A stretch of 64,000 nt of DNA from Octopus vulgaris (GCA_951406725.2 OX597832.1:30194001-30258000); one strand, 5' to 3'. Shown: positions 26,899-41,240, counted from the stretch's first letter. Notes: generated by a model from the letters alone, not told the origin. Numbers and translations are program-made.

Positions 26899-27576
26899 AA
26901 TTTATTCTCAAATAATCAGGAATTAATGTGAACACTGATATCATCAATATATACACTTAAACCACAATTGTTTTTACTGGTATCACACACACACACAGAC
27001 ACACTCACACAGACATACACACACACATAAAGAGTTACCAACTGGACACATCTTTTTATGACATGCAGTTGTTCAAAGATTGAATCCTGATTAAGCAGAA
27101 TCTTCATAGTAAAGACTTGGCCTAGTGGTTAGTGTGTTGCACTCATGATTGCCAGACCATGGGTTCTGTTTCCAGACAGGGCAGCATGTTGTGTTTTTGA
27201 GCAAACCCTAGTGCTGTGTGGGAACCAGCCCATTAAAGCATGGACCCATTTCTTCAGCATGTCATAAAAGGCAACCAAAACAGGTTGAGGTGGGATCTGC
27301 ACTCCAGCCTCATAAAACCTTCACCAGTAATGACCACCCAGACAGACTCATAGAAGTTCTCTTCCAACTGAAGAGTGAGCCTCGATACTTACAACAGAGT
27401 TGGTCTCCACTAAAGATGACCAAGGTTCAAGGGTCAAGTGACCAATGAAGTCTACAACTGAAATGAGCCACAGTGAGATTTGAATTCAGGAATCAAAGGA
27501 CAGAAATAACACCACAAGGTATGTTATGCTCTAAAAGTTCTAGCAATATATTTTAGAATCTCAGCAGAATACTTAC

Positions 27577-27690
27577 AATGACCTGCATCAAACTTCTGGT
27601 TTTGTGCAGAACATCTCCATGTATGGGTTGGGTGATGAGGACCTCAACAATGACACCATCGTCGTAGAGGTTGCGGAAGTCAGAGGTCAT
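27577..27690 (-). CDS. ATP6AP2: ATP6AP2 exon 7 (processing-site region)
   Basis: ccag|MTSDFRNLYDDGVIVEVLITQPIHGDVLHKTRSLMQVI|gtaagt; 114 nt, phase 0/0; aligns by eye to human DDMYSLYGGNAVVELV..IRKTRTIL. Confidence 0.95.
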
Positions 27691-28227
27691 CTGGAAGAGA
27701 AGAGAGTCATCAAAAACATGAAGTTCAATGGAGCAGAACAAGTGAAGATGTGTCGTTATTAACATTAAATATTTGATCATTCATTACAGGTGGGTAGGAT
27801 AACGATGTAAAGTTACACATTAACTATTGATGTAGTCACAACAGTATGTCTGACTTTCCTTTCATCAGTTGTCATTGTTTAGCCCCAGGATGAACCTTAC
27901 TGAGTAGACAGACCTAAGATCAAAAGCTTTCCAAACACGACTCTCCCACCTTTTATGAGGTATGCCAAGAATTAAAATATTCAAAGCTTCCTTTACCTTT
28001 CCATCAAGATATGATTCTAGAAAGAATTTGACTGCTATTTCTAACAGATTGAGTGACCACTTTGATTTGTTCCATGACCACCACTGCAGCAGTTGCTATT
28101 TCACTTCACAGCTGTAGTGAAGATTTGAACTCTAGATCAGTCAATCCACACTAAAAAGCGTGGATCTGTGAGATTTCACAGAATATATTTTTCACAACTG
28201 AAGCAGAGAAAAAAAGATGGTTTTTAA

Positions 28228-28449
28228 CCCTTTCGTTACCAGCCTGGCTGAGACCGCCCCTGGCTCTGTAGTACAAATGTCTTGTCTTCATAAGTTTTGA
28301 ATTAAAATCTTCCACCAAACCTTAGTCACAATTTATGTTCCTAACACTAGCTGAATGATAACTAAGTTATTTTACTAAATATTTTGTTATATTTAAAATT
28401 AATTGAAAGAAACACAGAGCATCTCAGCAGAAATCCAGTAACGAAAGGG
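28228..28449. mobile_element. piggyBac-type MITE, TTAA TSD
   Basis: TTAA-ccctttcgttac ... gtaacgaaaggg-TTAA. Confidence 0.88.
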
Positions 28450-31400
28450 TTAATCAGAGGAACACACCATCATCATCATCATAATAATAATCCTCTTATT
28501 ATAAAACCAGAAATGGAAATCCCTCTGGTCCCTCTTTACGACTTGGCATTGACGATCTTTGTTCGGCGCCCCTGAGAGTGGAATGGACAACTAATGCGAT
28601 TCTTGCTTGCAGAAGAAGCAGCCTAGCAAAATTCTCACAATTTGCACCAGAAATCACCATTTTGAACTCAAATCTATCAAATCACTTTTATTGATCTGCG
28701 ATAGATTAGATCTATAAATATAGGGTTTTTTCTATGATTCAGTGTAGTTAGGTTACTATAACTAAATAAATACCCTTTATGTAGTCAGGTTAATTAACTA
28801 TGCGAACTTTCTCTTGTAATTAGGTTAAATAACTATGTAAACTCCTTTCCACAGATTCATCATCATAATCATCATTTAACGTCCATTGTCCATGCTGGCA
28901 TGGGTTAGATGGTCTGACTGGAGCTGGTAAGCCGGAGGGCTGCACCAGGTCCCAGTCTGATTTGGTATAGTTTCTATGGCTGGATGCCCTTCCTAACACC
29001 AACCACTCCAAGAGGTTATAAAACTAAATTTCCTGTTATGTAGTCAGGGCTTATTTATTTATAAGGGAACAGGAACATTTATTTATAAGGGAAACTGGTA
29101 AACCGATTCTCTTCTCTGAACTCAACAATCTTCCGTTATTAAAATTACATTCTCACATACAACAAAGAAGTGGATGGCAGCTGGTATGGCCACAAGATAC
29201 GACAGACATAGCAAACCTACACAATTACAAGACTCTATTGGAACTTCTTACGAAAAAAAAAAAACAGAAACTAAAAGAAAAAACTGATTCAAAAACAGAT
29301 ATATTTTTATGTTATCTAAAAAGAGCTCCCTATTTTTTTTTTAGAGTTAAACAAAGAGTGGGTCCTTAGATGTTGTTGTCGCAAATAACAAGCACACACA
29401 CACACACACACACACAAATTGAACAAAGGCGATGAAAAGTAGAGGCTGTTAGTTAGAAGTGAACCAGCTTTCTGTGGTGTCAACTGTGACATGTGAGAGG
29501 CTGTTAATGATAAAGTTGCCGAAGCTAAAATATATGTTAGAGGAGGAGAGAAGAAAGATGGACGTATAATTAGTGGAAGACACCAAACAAATGAAGTCGG
29601 TCTAATTAGTATATTAGCAGCACGTCTTTGCAATCACTGCTACAGGCAGCAGAGGCAGCACTCCCTCCCCCCCTACACATACACACACACGGTGTCGTCG
29701 TTTAAGTAGTGGAGGAAATATTACCGGTACAGCTTGATTACTAATAAGATGCTGAGAAATATTTAAGACTAATCAAGATTTCTCAACTAGCCACACTATA
29801 TAACTAGTCGTTCATTACTATAATGAACAGAATTAACTGTCACCCACAGCACCACACCCCCTCCACCCTGCACACACACACCTCCACCCCGCTCATCAAA
29901 AAACGATTCCTAATAATGTACTCCTCTGCGTGTGTGTGTGTGAGAGTGAGATCGAGTGTGTGTGTGTGTGTGTGTGTTTTTCTTTGATGTCTACAGAGAT
30001 AAAAAGCTTGCAAGCTAACAGTGATTGGAGAGAACAATGAAGCAACTCCCATCCAGTGGTGGTGGTGGTCATGGTGGTGGTTATAGTTATGGTACTGGCA
30101 ACAGTGATTGTCAACGAAGTAGTGGTAGTAGTAGTAGTGGTGGTGGTGGTATTTGTAGTAGTAGTAGTAGTGGTGGTGGTGGTGGTGGTGGTGTGGGGAA
30201 AGTGGTGCCATGCCAGCTGTATAACATGTTCAAATGAATGAACATCAAACTAATAGAATGGAAACATCTTTAGGACAGTTCACTGCCGAGACTTTAGGTA
30301 GAGTTAATCAAATTTCAAGAAATAACAATTTACCTCCAGCCATTGACATTATATTCCAAACTCTCAATGACATCATTAAAAGAAATGTCTTGTTTTCAAG
30401 AAATGAAATTTTTTTTTTTTCCTACTTTTTTTCGTTTATTTTATCTTTATTTCTTATTTGTTCGTTATAGAAATTTAATATTTCATTCACAAACTATTTC
30501 ACAGTCGAAACTAAAATGTATAAACAACAACAGAAAGCAAGGAAAAAAAGCGAAAGAAAAGAGAGAAATTTTACCATTTCAAAAGGGGGGAAAAAAAAAT
30601 ATTTTTGCTTAACTTTTTTCAAAAGAGAAACTATTCTAATTTCTGAGAAATTATTGGCATCTTTAAATGCTGAATTCCAATCAGAGCAGCAGAAGTTGTT
30701 GATCAAATTTAAACAAAATTCACAATTCTCACCAAACAATTAATAAAACTAAACCACCTGAAACTTGCCTGATATATTTTAGCTACAACTTCATTAGAAA
30801 TATCAGTAATACAAACGGGTCCACTTGGTCTATTCTCACAATACAGTAATGTAGTCACGGAAACTTGACTCAGTAAAGTTGACACTATCAAGTAAATGCC
30901 ATGTTGATGAAGTAATAATATAATTAGGTTCCCTTGGGTTTAAATTAACTAAAATTATACCAGTAAATTCACCAGTGCCCTTAAAATCACATTCATCACC
31001 CCCTATGTAACAATTTAAATACTGTTCAACAGAAATACCGGACAACTAAGCGGTCATCACAAACCAATGTTCATATGGAATATCAACAGTTTGGTATTAG
31101 AAACATATTTAACAGGACAACACATGATGGTCATTCTTGGACTTTATATTTTGTTGGGGGGACAGAAAAAAACAGTTTCATAAATTAATTTTTAAGAAGA
31201 ATTTATCTGAATTTTAAACATTTTGAATTAAAGAGTGTGTGTGAATGAGAGAGAGAGAATTACAACTCTACATCTGAAGTTCAGCCTTGTTTGAACATTG
31301 GGGAAATTATTGCTGAAAGTTGTGAGGCATCTAACAACACCAGCCAGTCACAAATTGTGTGACATCAGGTATAATTCCTAACACCTGCATTCTTTTCAAC

Positions 31401-32306
31401 CTACCATCAGACACCCAAATTGCTTCTCACCAACCTGTGGACATACAATGAAGGTTAACAGACACACACTGGTCAGTATTAAATCAGTCAAATGACAGCT
31501 TCGAGTTTGGTTTTGAATATGATTCCACTACAATTAGAATGACTTCAGTGACCGAGAGAGATGTTTGAGAGAAATAGCTCACACTTCATAGTAAACACTT
31601 GTAACGTCTGTCAAGTCCTAGATGTACGACGAAACTATTTCAGTTTTCATAGTAAACAGTAACATCATAAAATAGCATTTTAAATGACTGTCATTAGTTT
31701 TTCCATAATCTTGCGATTTGAATTTGTGTGTATTGAACCTGGAACCAGTGCCCTCACATCGTGTGTGTGTACGTACACAGATACATGTTTGGCTGTGTGG
31801 TTAAGAAGCTTACTTCCCAACAATGTGGTCTTGGGTTCAGTTCCACTGCCTGACACCTGGGACGAGTGTCTTTCACTATATAAAGCCTTGGGTTGACCAA
31901 AGTCTTGTGAGTGGGTTTGGTAGACAGAAACTGAAAGAAGCCCATTGTCTGTCTGTGTGTCTATGTGTGTGCGTGTGTGTGTGTCAGGGCATCGTGGTTG
32001 TGAATGATGACGGTCATCATCATACAAGCAAGGTTTTCTGTTTCCAGTCTTCTGTGGGGAAAATGTCTGGCCACAGAAAATATTACCTCACTTGGAGACA
32101 GTTGAGGGTTGGTAACAGGAAGAGCATCCAGTCACAGAAAAATCTGCCTGGCTCATGGGAGCACGAGAACGTGGATGTGGGAACAATGATGCTGAATCAT
32201 GATGGTATGTATGCTGCGGTGAAGGTGTATGTGTATTTTTATGCATATGTAATACGTGTATGTATACATGTGTATGTATTTACATGTGTACGTGTGTGTA
32301 TGTATT

Positions 32307-32343
<37 letters not shown>

Positions 32344-33327
32344 TAGAAGGTTTGGAGATGATGTACAGGTATTTTATATTAGAAGAAATGAGGTAGTCAG
32401 AAATTTGGTTGGTTTTATATTTACAGATATTTATTTGTATATTACATGTTTTTATACATCATATATCATATAACATATATTAGTGGAGTTTTCAAAGTGA
32501 ACTAAGTTCTTAAGGAAAATTTGACTATTTTTATAGTGTTATTGAGTGTATGTGAGTGTGTGTGTGTATATATATACATATACATATCAATATGCATATA
32601 TATGTATGTGTATGCATGTGTAGGTACATTATATATATGTATGCATATATGTAAACATGTGTGTGTAAAACATATACACACACACACTGTCAATTATGGA
32701 ATAATTAACAGTAATTTATGCTAAAAGTAAAATTGATGAGTGAGGAAATTTAATGGAACAAATTAGAGATTTTATTGGAAAAAAAGATGAAAAAAAAAAA
32801 TCTGTCTTTTGTGGATTTGTTGAAAGAGACCTGTCAAGGGATTGAACTCAAAACTCTAGTGCTACTCTCTTTACTCCTCTCCAACTACACTGACATCTCG
32901 GCGAAATGCTAATAATTGTTTTTGTCTTGTAAAATGTTTGATTTTCGGAGTCTCATAATAATAACGGCAACGGGCTCGCAACTTCGTTTATTGGTTGATG
33001 CACAGCTTAACAAACTTTAGCTAATTTCATTAATGGCTGTCTCGCTGATTAGAGGGACTTTCTTATCAGACTAATTGACATGAAAGCTGGCAAATTCAGC
33101 CAATGAAAAGATAGTTCATTAGATAATAAAATTAAAAAAGAATGTTTTGTAATTTTCTGGCCAATTTCATACTGATGGCTCTCCCCCCTCCTCACCATCC
33201 GTCCCCTCCCTCTCCGTTCTTTGATAAGCAATTAAGAGAATATTTCTTCGTTCTCCTTCATCAGTTAAGTCTTGCTTGTAATTCGTCTACAATTGTTTTA
33301 TTTCATTTATACACACACACACACACA

Positions 33328-33375
<48 letters not shown>

Positions 33376-33413
33376 TATATGTATATACATATATGTATGT
33401 ATATACATATATG

Positions 33414-33457
<44 letters not shown>

Positions 33458-33796
33458 TATATGTATATACATATGTGTATATATATATATATATATTCAC
33501 ACACACATAGACTATGCATCTATACACATAGACACACACTGCTTTTATTAAACTATTATTCTTAATTCTTATTTAGACTTAACAGAATTACTTCAAGACA
33601 TACACAACGGATGGGGGTTAGAGTAAAAGCTGGTGGTGGTGGTGACAGTGAAGGAGGTGGGGGTGAGGTTGGGGTAGTGGTGTCAGTAATTACCAAGAAA
33701 TAACCATTAAGCATTTTGATTTTTTTTTCTTAAAAACCAAAAAAAAAAAAAAAAACCCTATTAGTAATTTTATTTGTAATAAAGAATTGTCAGTAG

Positions 33797-33829
<33 letters not shown>

Positions 33830-34171
33830 CGGTCGAAACAGTTCTACATAAGAATCTGGTCTGCCACAAATGATCCAATTTAGAGTTATTAAGAATCTAC
33901 AGAAAATACTAATTTGTTGAAATTACGTTACTTCTTCACACTATAAAAACTTTCTCACTTCTCAACGTTGATGGCAACAGACGGAACCAACCAGCCCCGG
34001 TCCTCCTCTTCTCTCAGCACTGCTCCAAGTCCTCATCCTTCAACAACAAACCCAGTTCTTTTCTTTCAACAACCACCTCAGTACAGATATTCCACTGGAG
34101 CTTCACTTTCTCGTGTCAACCTCTAAATCTCCCATCAAAAACTCACATAAAAGCAATATTCTCATTCTAAT

Positions 34172-34570
34172 AGTCCTTTCTACTAAGAGCACAAGACCTG
34201 AAATTCAGGGGAAAGGGACTAATCGATTACATCGACCCCAGTATTTCACTGGTACTTAGTTTATCAACCCCAAAAGGATGAAAGGCAAAGTTGACCTTGG
34301 TAGAATTTGAACTCAGAACCTAGTGATGGGCGAAATACCTATTTCTTTACTACCCACAAGGGGCTAAACACAGAGAGGACAAACAAGGACAGACAAACGG
34401 ATTAAGTCGATTATAATGACCCCAGTGCTTAACTGGTACTTATTTAATCGACCCCGAAAGGATGAAAGGCAAAGTCAACCTCGATGGAGTTTGAACTCAG
34501 AACCTAGCGGCAGGCGAAATACCACTAAGCATTTTGTCCGGTGTGCTAACAATTCTGCCAGTTCAGCTCA
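34172..34570 (-). mobile_element. SINE family A, dimeric/composite copy
   Basis: Two aaggatgaaaggcaaagt cores; junction gaaatacc|tatttcttt near 34338. Confidence 0.8.
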
Positions 34571-34899
34571 CCCACCTTCTTACTCTAATAACCAACGAAC
34601 TCTATCACTACGTCCAATTCAAGAACTTTCAAACAAAAATACCACCGTCAGCGTTATAAGTTCCATCTCTCATCTCTTAGGCTCAAACTCTCCCATCAAT
34701 CCACCCACCTACTGAAGGTGTCACAGGACCTTACCCCAATCAATGTTCTGTCGACTTTCCATGTTTTAGGGTTTAGTTGCCTTCTCCAGCCACACCCTTT
34801 CTACACACACAACTACACTGTTGCAACACCATCCCTTATGAACCCTGGGGCCCAAAACAGCATACTTACTGTCACGCTATTCTTTCTTTAATAATGAAC

Positions 34900-35412
34900 C
34901 CCTGCATGCTGCAGTGGAGTCGCAAACTAATTCTGAATGCCTTATTTCTTCCCTGGGCATGGATACATCGAAACTCCGACGTCTGGCAGCTGACTTGGCA
35001 GACACCCATAAAATTATTAACCATCTTACAAACAATAACTCTGAGCACCTTTTCAAACTCCACCCGTCTAACACCCATGGACATATTTACAAAGTCAGAA
35101 AACAGCACAGCTCCCATGACTTCAGGAAACATTTTTTCACACTGAGAGTTGCTGAAGCATGGAACAAACTGCCGGCATCGGTTGTTAGTTGTCGGAGTAC
35201 TGCATCCTTCAAAACTTCCATGTTTCCTGAGATTCACCAACACTACACCTGATCTTTCTCCCCTCCATACACACACAGGCATGTATCTGACTCATACACT
35301 GTTCACTTCCCAGACATTTGTACATTACTGCATATGCTTTATACGCACTTTTGACAAGTTGTAGTGCACCTGAGCACAATAATTTCATTATTATTATTAT
35401 TATTATTATTAT
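34900..35412 (+). mobile_element. CR1-clade LINE 3' end with (ATT)n tail
   Basis: SLGMDTSKLRRLAADLADTHKII..THGHIYKVRKQHSSHDFRKHFFTLRVAEAWNKLPASVV..STASFK. Confidence 0.9.
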
Positions 35413-36433
35413 TAAGCCAGCAATGTGTTGGTGGAGTCCACACAGTTGTTTCACTGACCATTTATGTACCAGCTTTAACTTGGGGTTTACAAACAACCCA
35501 TCAGACTAATGGGACCCAGAAAAGCAATGGGCACCACTTCTCCCACCGCACACATGCAAGTAATTTCTATTTTGTAATCAGTCAGTCAGCAACCAAAATT
35601 TAGTCCTAGATTTTAACATCTCAAAAAAGTAAGTCAAATACTTATTCCTCATACTTCCTTATTATTTCCTCTTACTTCACCCATCATCACAACCTACGTG
35701 ACCACCGCCATCACCCACCACCGCCACCACCATCCCCACCAGGAAATTGTTATTTTCTAACCTGACTCTTTAAGTGCAGGTTAACATATATAAAGCAGTG
35801 AAGCATATTTTTTATTTTTTAAATTTAAATGAGTGGAGGAGTTCACTTATATCAGGTTAGCACATGCACTTGACTGTACGTCTTTCATGTGGAAGGTGTC
35901 CCTGTGACATGCTCCCATGTCAACATAGTCAAAGATATAAAATATAACTGAATCCCAAAATTTAAGGTAGATCCAAATTACAGTCTATCATAGATGTAAT
36001 GATGTTCATTCATTGTATGTCTATTTTTCTGTGCAAGCACAAGTGGCAATTGTTATCTGAGGCCTTCCTGATGCTAACCCTTAGCCATTTCTTCAAGTAA
36101 AGGGATCACTTAACCCTTTTGCGTGTAGTTGTGATACCTGTGTCGGTGGCACATAAAAAGCACCATCTGAACATGGCCGATGCCAGCGCCATCTTGACTG
36201 GCTTCTGTGCCGGTGGCACATAAAAAGCACTAACTGATCGTGGCCAATGCCAGCCTCCCCTGGCACGTAAAAAGCACCCACTACACTCAGATTGGTTGGC
36301 ATTAGGAAGGGCATCCAGTTGTAGAAACACTGCCAGATCAGACTGGAGCCTGGTGCAGCCTCCTGGCTTCCCAGACCCTAGTCGAACTGTCCAACCCATG
36401 CTAGCACGGAAAACGGACGTTAAACGATGATGA

Positions 36434-36480
<47 letters not shown>

Positions 36481-36495
36481 TATATATACTTACAC

Positions 36496-36526
<31 letters not shown>

Positions 36527-36620
36527 CAATATATACACACACATACATACATACAATATATACACACAAACATGCATATATTCACATATATAAAAATATG
36601 ACAGCTTTCTAGCAGTTTCT

Positions 36621-36819
36621 TATTTCTTTACTACCCACAAGGGGCTAAACACAGAGAGGACAAACAAGGACAGACAAACGGATTAAGTCGATTATATTGA
36701 CCCCAGTGCGTAACTGGTACTTAATTTATCGACTTCGGCAGAATTTGAACTCAGAACATAACAGCAGACGAAACACCGCTAAGCATTTCGCCCAGCGTGC
36801 CAACATTTCTGGCAGCTCG
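36621..36819 (-). mobile_element. SINE family A nested in a family B copy, 19-bp TSD
   Basis: cagctttctagcagtttct at 36602-36620 and 36820-36838; host SINE B continues to ~36972. Confidence 0.85.
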
Positions 36820-37157
36820 CAGCTTTCTAGCAGTTTCTGCCAACCAAATCCACTCCCAAGGTTTTGGCTGGCCCAGTGCTATAAGTAGAAGGCATCTAAA
36901 GTGCTGTGCAGTGTGACTGAACTGAAAACCAGGTGGGTGGAAAGCGAACTTCTCTACCACACAGCCATGGCCCTTGCTTTGTAAAGAAATATAGGAAAGG
37001 GATGAGGAGGAGGAGCAGAAGGAGATATTTATAAGGTGTGGACAATTAATTAGGTAATATGTGGTGTACCTGCAATGACCAAACTGTTCTGGTCTGTGCG
37101 TGTGTGTGGTGCATAGCTTGCAGTGCACTTCCCTGAACATATTCACACACAAAAAAG

Positions 37158-37610
37158 CCTTTTTCATTCTTTCAGTCATTTGACTGCAGCCATGCTGGAG
37201 CACCACCTTTAGTCAAACAAATCGACCCCAGAACTTATTCTTTGCATGGCTAGTACTTATTCTAGTGGCCTCTTTTACCGAATTGCTAAGTTACGGCGAT
37301 ATAAACACACCAACATCGGTTGTGAAGCGATGGTAGGGGTACAAACATATGTATATATAAACACACATGCATATATTCCCATATACAAATATGTGACAGT
37401 TTTCTAGCATGAAAAGCGGACGTTAAACAATGCTGATGATGACACATGACGAGCTTCTTTCAGTTTCCATCTACCAAATCCACTCACAAGGCTTTGGTTG
37501 GCCCGAGGCTATAGTAGAAGACACTTGCTCAAGGTGCCATGCAGTGGGACTGAACCCAGAACCATGTGGTTTGTAAGCAAGCTACTTACCACACAGCCAC
37601 TCCTGTGCCT
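37158..37610 (-). mobile_element. SINE family B copy with interrupted middle
   Basis: Reverse complement of the head and tail of 58524-58905. Confidence 0.8.
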
Positions 37611-37616
37611 ATCAAA

Positions 37617-37656
<40 letters not shown>

Positions 37657-37760
37657 GTGGTTATTGTTATGTAAAAGTGACATCATTTGTCAAAGAGTTC
37701 CAAAACTTAAAACCGTTTTCTCTCTCTCTTTCTCTCATACCTACAAAAGAAGTGTCATCG

Positions 37761-37796
<36 letters not shown>

Positions 37797-38694
37797 ACTT
37801 GCACGGTTTGCGTCTTCAAAATAAATACACATCAACATAATTAATAGAACTTTAAGTTAACTAATGAAAACTGATTAACAATTAGCTAAAATGAATTTCA
37901 CACAGATTCAACAAAGAATGCAAAACAGACGAAGAACGAGAAAGAACATGGCTAATAAAATAAATGGAAACAGCGGGGAAATATTAATGTTTTTTATTAT
38001 CATTAAACATCTCATTGAAGAGAACTCCTTTTTAATTTCAAATGACGACAACAACAACAATAAAAATAAGAAGAAGAATGATGACGACGACGATGATGAT
38101 GATGATGATGATGATTATGATGACTGCTTTATGGATTGGTAAACACAATATTTCAATTGACCAATACAATATTTTTCAATGAAATATTTAAGAAAAATGT
38201 CAAGTAATGTGTAAGATGATGAGGTGAAATTAAAAGGAACATAGATATAATGCATCTTTACAAAAACCATTTTGTTTGAGTGCCTATTTAAGGTTAAGAT
38301 TGTTTCTTTTCTTTTTTATTCTTTAACCTTTTATTTTATATTTAGATATTTTTGTTGTTGTTGTTTGTTTTTCAATTTTTTTTTCTTTTCTTTTCTTCAT
38401 TTGAATAAGATTGTACTTGACAAAAAATGGTCCTTCAGCGAATCTATTATCATTAAAAGCAGACAAACAACATTTCAGACGAGGAGCTTTCGTTTCGTTA
38501 AGAAATTATATTCATAGACATGTATTATGATGTGAACAAAAGAGTTAATATCTCAAGTTCAATCTGTAGAGTGCTTACGATTTCACTCCATTTAGAAGCA
38601 ACTTCTCATATATTGATATTTGCTAATTTTATTTCACTGAAAAATTACTTAATTGCCATGTCAAAGAGGTCTGTACAACTGAAGGAAGTGGCTC

Positions 38695-38725
<31 letters not shown>

Positions 38726-39434
38726 CCTCGCCCCCCACCCCACCCACACATGTCCCGCCTGCCTCCCACCCAAGCATTCAGTTAATATTTTTACATCTTT
38801 GTTACATTGTGGTTGCTGGCTGACATCATGCTATCATCTCTCTCTCGCTCACCGCCGCCGCTGCCGTCGCCTTACACAAATTCAAACAGCCACGGCAAAG
38901 CCCACCACCCCCTCGCTCCCCCACCCTCTGTTTGCTCTCTATAATATTCAATTCACCGAAGCACATCTCACTACACTTGAGAAACCATTTTAGATAATTT
39001 ACTTTAAAAGCTTTTGTCAGTAAAAAGAAATACAAACACAATAAGATAAATTGAAAAGAGTAGAATCCAAAATTGGAAATGCACCTATATTAATAGAATA
39101 ACTATTAATATGGAAAGTAAATAAATCGTCCATAATTCAGAAACAAAAGATGACAAAAAAACAGTAATGAAATGGGAGTTGGAGGCAATTATTCATTGCT
39201 TTCTAAGTTCAAACTAATTACAGAAACTAAATCTATAAAGTTTTAACCTGACAACTGAATAGTGGTGGTGGGGGGGGTAAATAAAAGGAGGGGGAGAAGG
39301 GGTTTCTCTGAATTCAACAACTTAAAAACCAAATTAGGAAGATTTGATGCTTGGAAGAAAATCATTTCTAATGTATCAAAATGTTTCACCGTTTATTCAA
39401 TATGAAATATTTGATGAAATGTTTTATCAACATG

Positions 39435-39837
39435 CTAGCAGTATCGCCCGGCCTTTGCTCGGGTTTGTTTCGACCCTTTAGAATTGGAATTTTTGAAAAG
39501 TAAACATTTTGCATTATGTAGCTTGTTATTCTCTTTGAGTGAACCATTTTCTGGTTGAAATACACCGAAAAATGGCGACACAGCAGTAAGAAAAAATCAT
39601 AAAAATAGGGATTTTCATAGAAAAAAAAGCACCTTTTTGATGTAAATAATTTTTGGTGTTAACATGGTCCGATTTGAACTTTTTCTTCTATGGAATGAAG
39701 AGCAAGCCTTCTCCTATCATACTCCCAATTTTGGTCAACTTGTGCCGCAGGGTCTTGGAGGAGATAGTGTTAGTTGAAGGCTACCAAACCTGCCATACAC
39801 AGACAACTTCAGCTTTATATATATATATATATATAGA
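39435..39837 (-). mobile_element. Non-autonomous Helitron
   Basis: Minus strand starts TCTATATATA..AAGCTGAAGTTG and ends CCCGAGCAAAGGCCGGGCGATACTG-CTAG (subterminal hairpin + CTAG). Confidence 0.8.
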
Positions 39838-40674
39838 TTTAAGATCAGTGAGGAATTTTTACCGTCTTCAGCCCAGTTCTATTTCTTCTACTTTTCAGAG
39901 ATATAAACAAACACAAGAATTATCTTTGCTAAGATTTATCTGCTGATGGCCTGGTTCTTGATAGAATTTGCCAAAAAACTACAGACAAACTAATTAAAAT
40001 ATAATCAAGTTTTTAAAATGAGTCAAAAACCTTTGAACAACTGAGATTATCCATACACTTAGTAGGTAAAAGTTTCCTCTATGTATGACAGGTGCAAAGT
40101 ATGGTCAACACTACAGCATGTTCCATTCTGTGAGTGTGATCAATCGTTAGTGCTGAGTCAATAATCTTCTTACAAGAACAAAACTAACAAAATTTGTCTC
40201 AAAAAAGCTAGACAGGAAAATGTGCTGCAACATTTCCCAACCAAAATTTCTTCCATTTCATAACGAATATGGAAAAGATATGACATTGGTAGTGGCTCAG
40301 GAAATCTTGCTAAAGTTCTGAGAGTTCACCAATTCCAATTCTTTGATACCGTTTACAGCTGGAATAAGTTGTAGAAATATTTGTCACAACCAATGAAGGA
40401 TGGGGACACAGAGAGGAGGGTAGGTTAAAGATGAGAGACAGACAAAACTATACGAAATTTAGTTTCAATAGATGAGATGAGAGAGAATAGCAATGAAGAT
40501 CTAGCCAACCCATTCAGGAATTGAAAAATACACATGATGATGATGATGATGATAAATACATTAGGAAATCCTCAGGTAAATATCAGTCCCAAAGTTCTGA
40601 ATCAGTTTTATTTATGTAAGTCAAGAAAAAATGTTAGATTTTGTCCACTAAAAGATCAATTGTTATCATAGAAA

Positions 40675-41240
40675 CACTGCATTTAAGACACCCTGCTGCA
40701 TTTGAAACATCTGGCTGCATTCGCTGCACCCTGCTACATTAGAGGCAACCTGCTACATTTGAAGCACCATGTTACATTAAAGGAAACCTGCTACAGTTAA
40801 GGCACCCTGCTACATTTGAAACACCCTTTTATATTAGAGACAACAAGCTATATTTAAAGCAACCTGCTACATTTGAGGCAACCTGCCACATTAGAAGCAA
40901 CCGGCTACATTTGATGCAACCTGCTACATTAGAGGCAACCTGCTGTATTAGAAGTAACCTGCTACATTTGAAACACCCTGTTACATTTAAGACACCCTGC
41001 TACATTTGAAGCACCATGTTACATTAGAGGAAACCTGCTACATTAAAAGTAACCTGCTACATTCAAGGCAACCTGCTACATTTAAGGCACCCTGCTACAT
41101 TTGAAACACCCTGTTATATTAGAGGCAACAAGCTATATTTAAAGCAACTTGCTACATTTGAAGCAACTGGCTACATTTGATGCAACCTGCCACATTAGAA
41201 GCAACCGGCTACATTTGAGGCAACTTGTTGCATTTAAGAT
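40675..41240. repeat. 19-bp minisatellite, ~30 units (consensus caMcctgctacatt(tgaag/agagg))
   Basis: Head-to-tail units without spacers. Confidence 0.95.

Noticed and set aside
30494-31045. Overlapping short ORFs suggesting a nested gene
   Set aside because: No ATG starts, no consistent splice signals, stops in every frame, no recognisable homology
40675-41240. Possible CRISPR array or coding repeat
   Set aside because: Head-to-tail 19-bp units, no unique spacers, period not a multiple of 3
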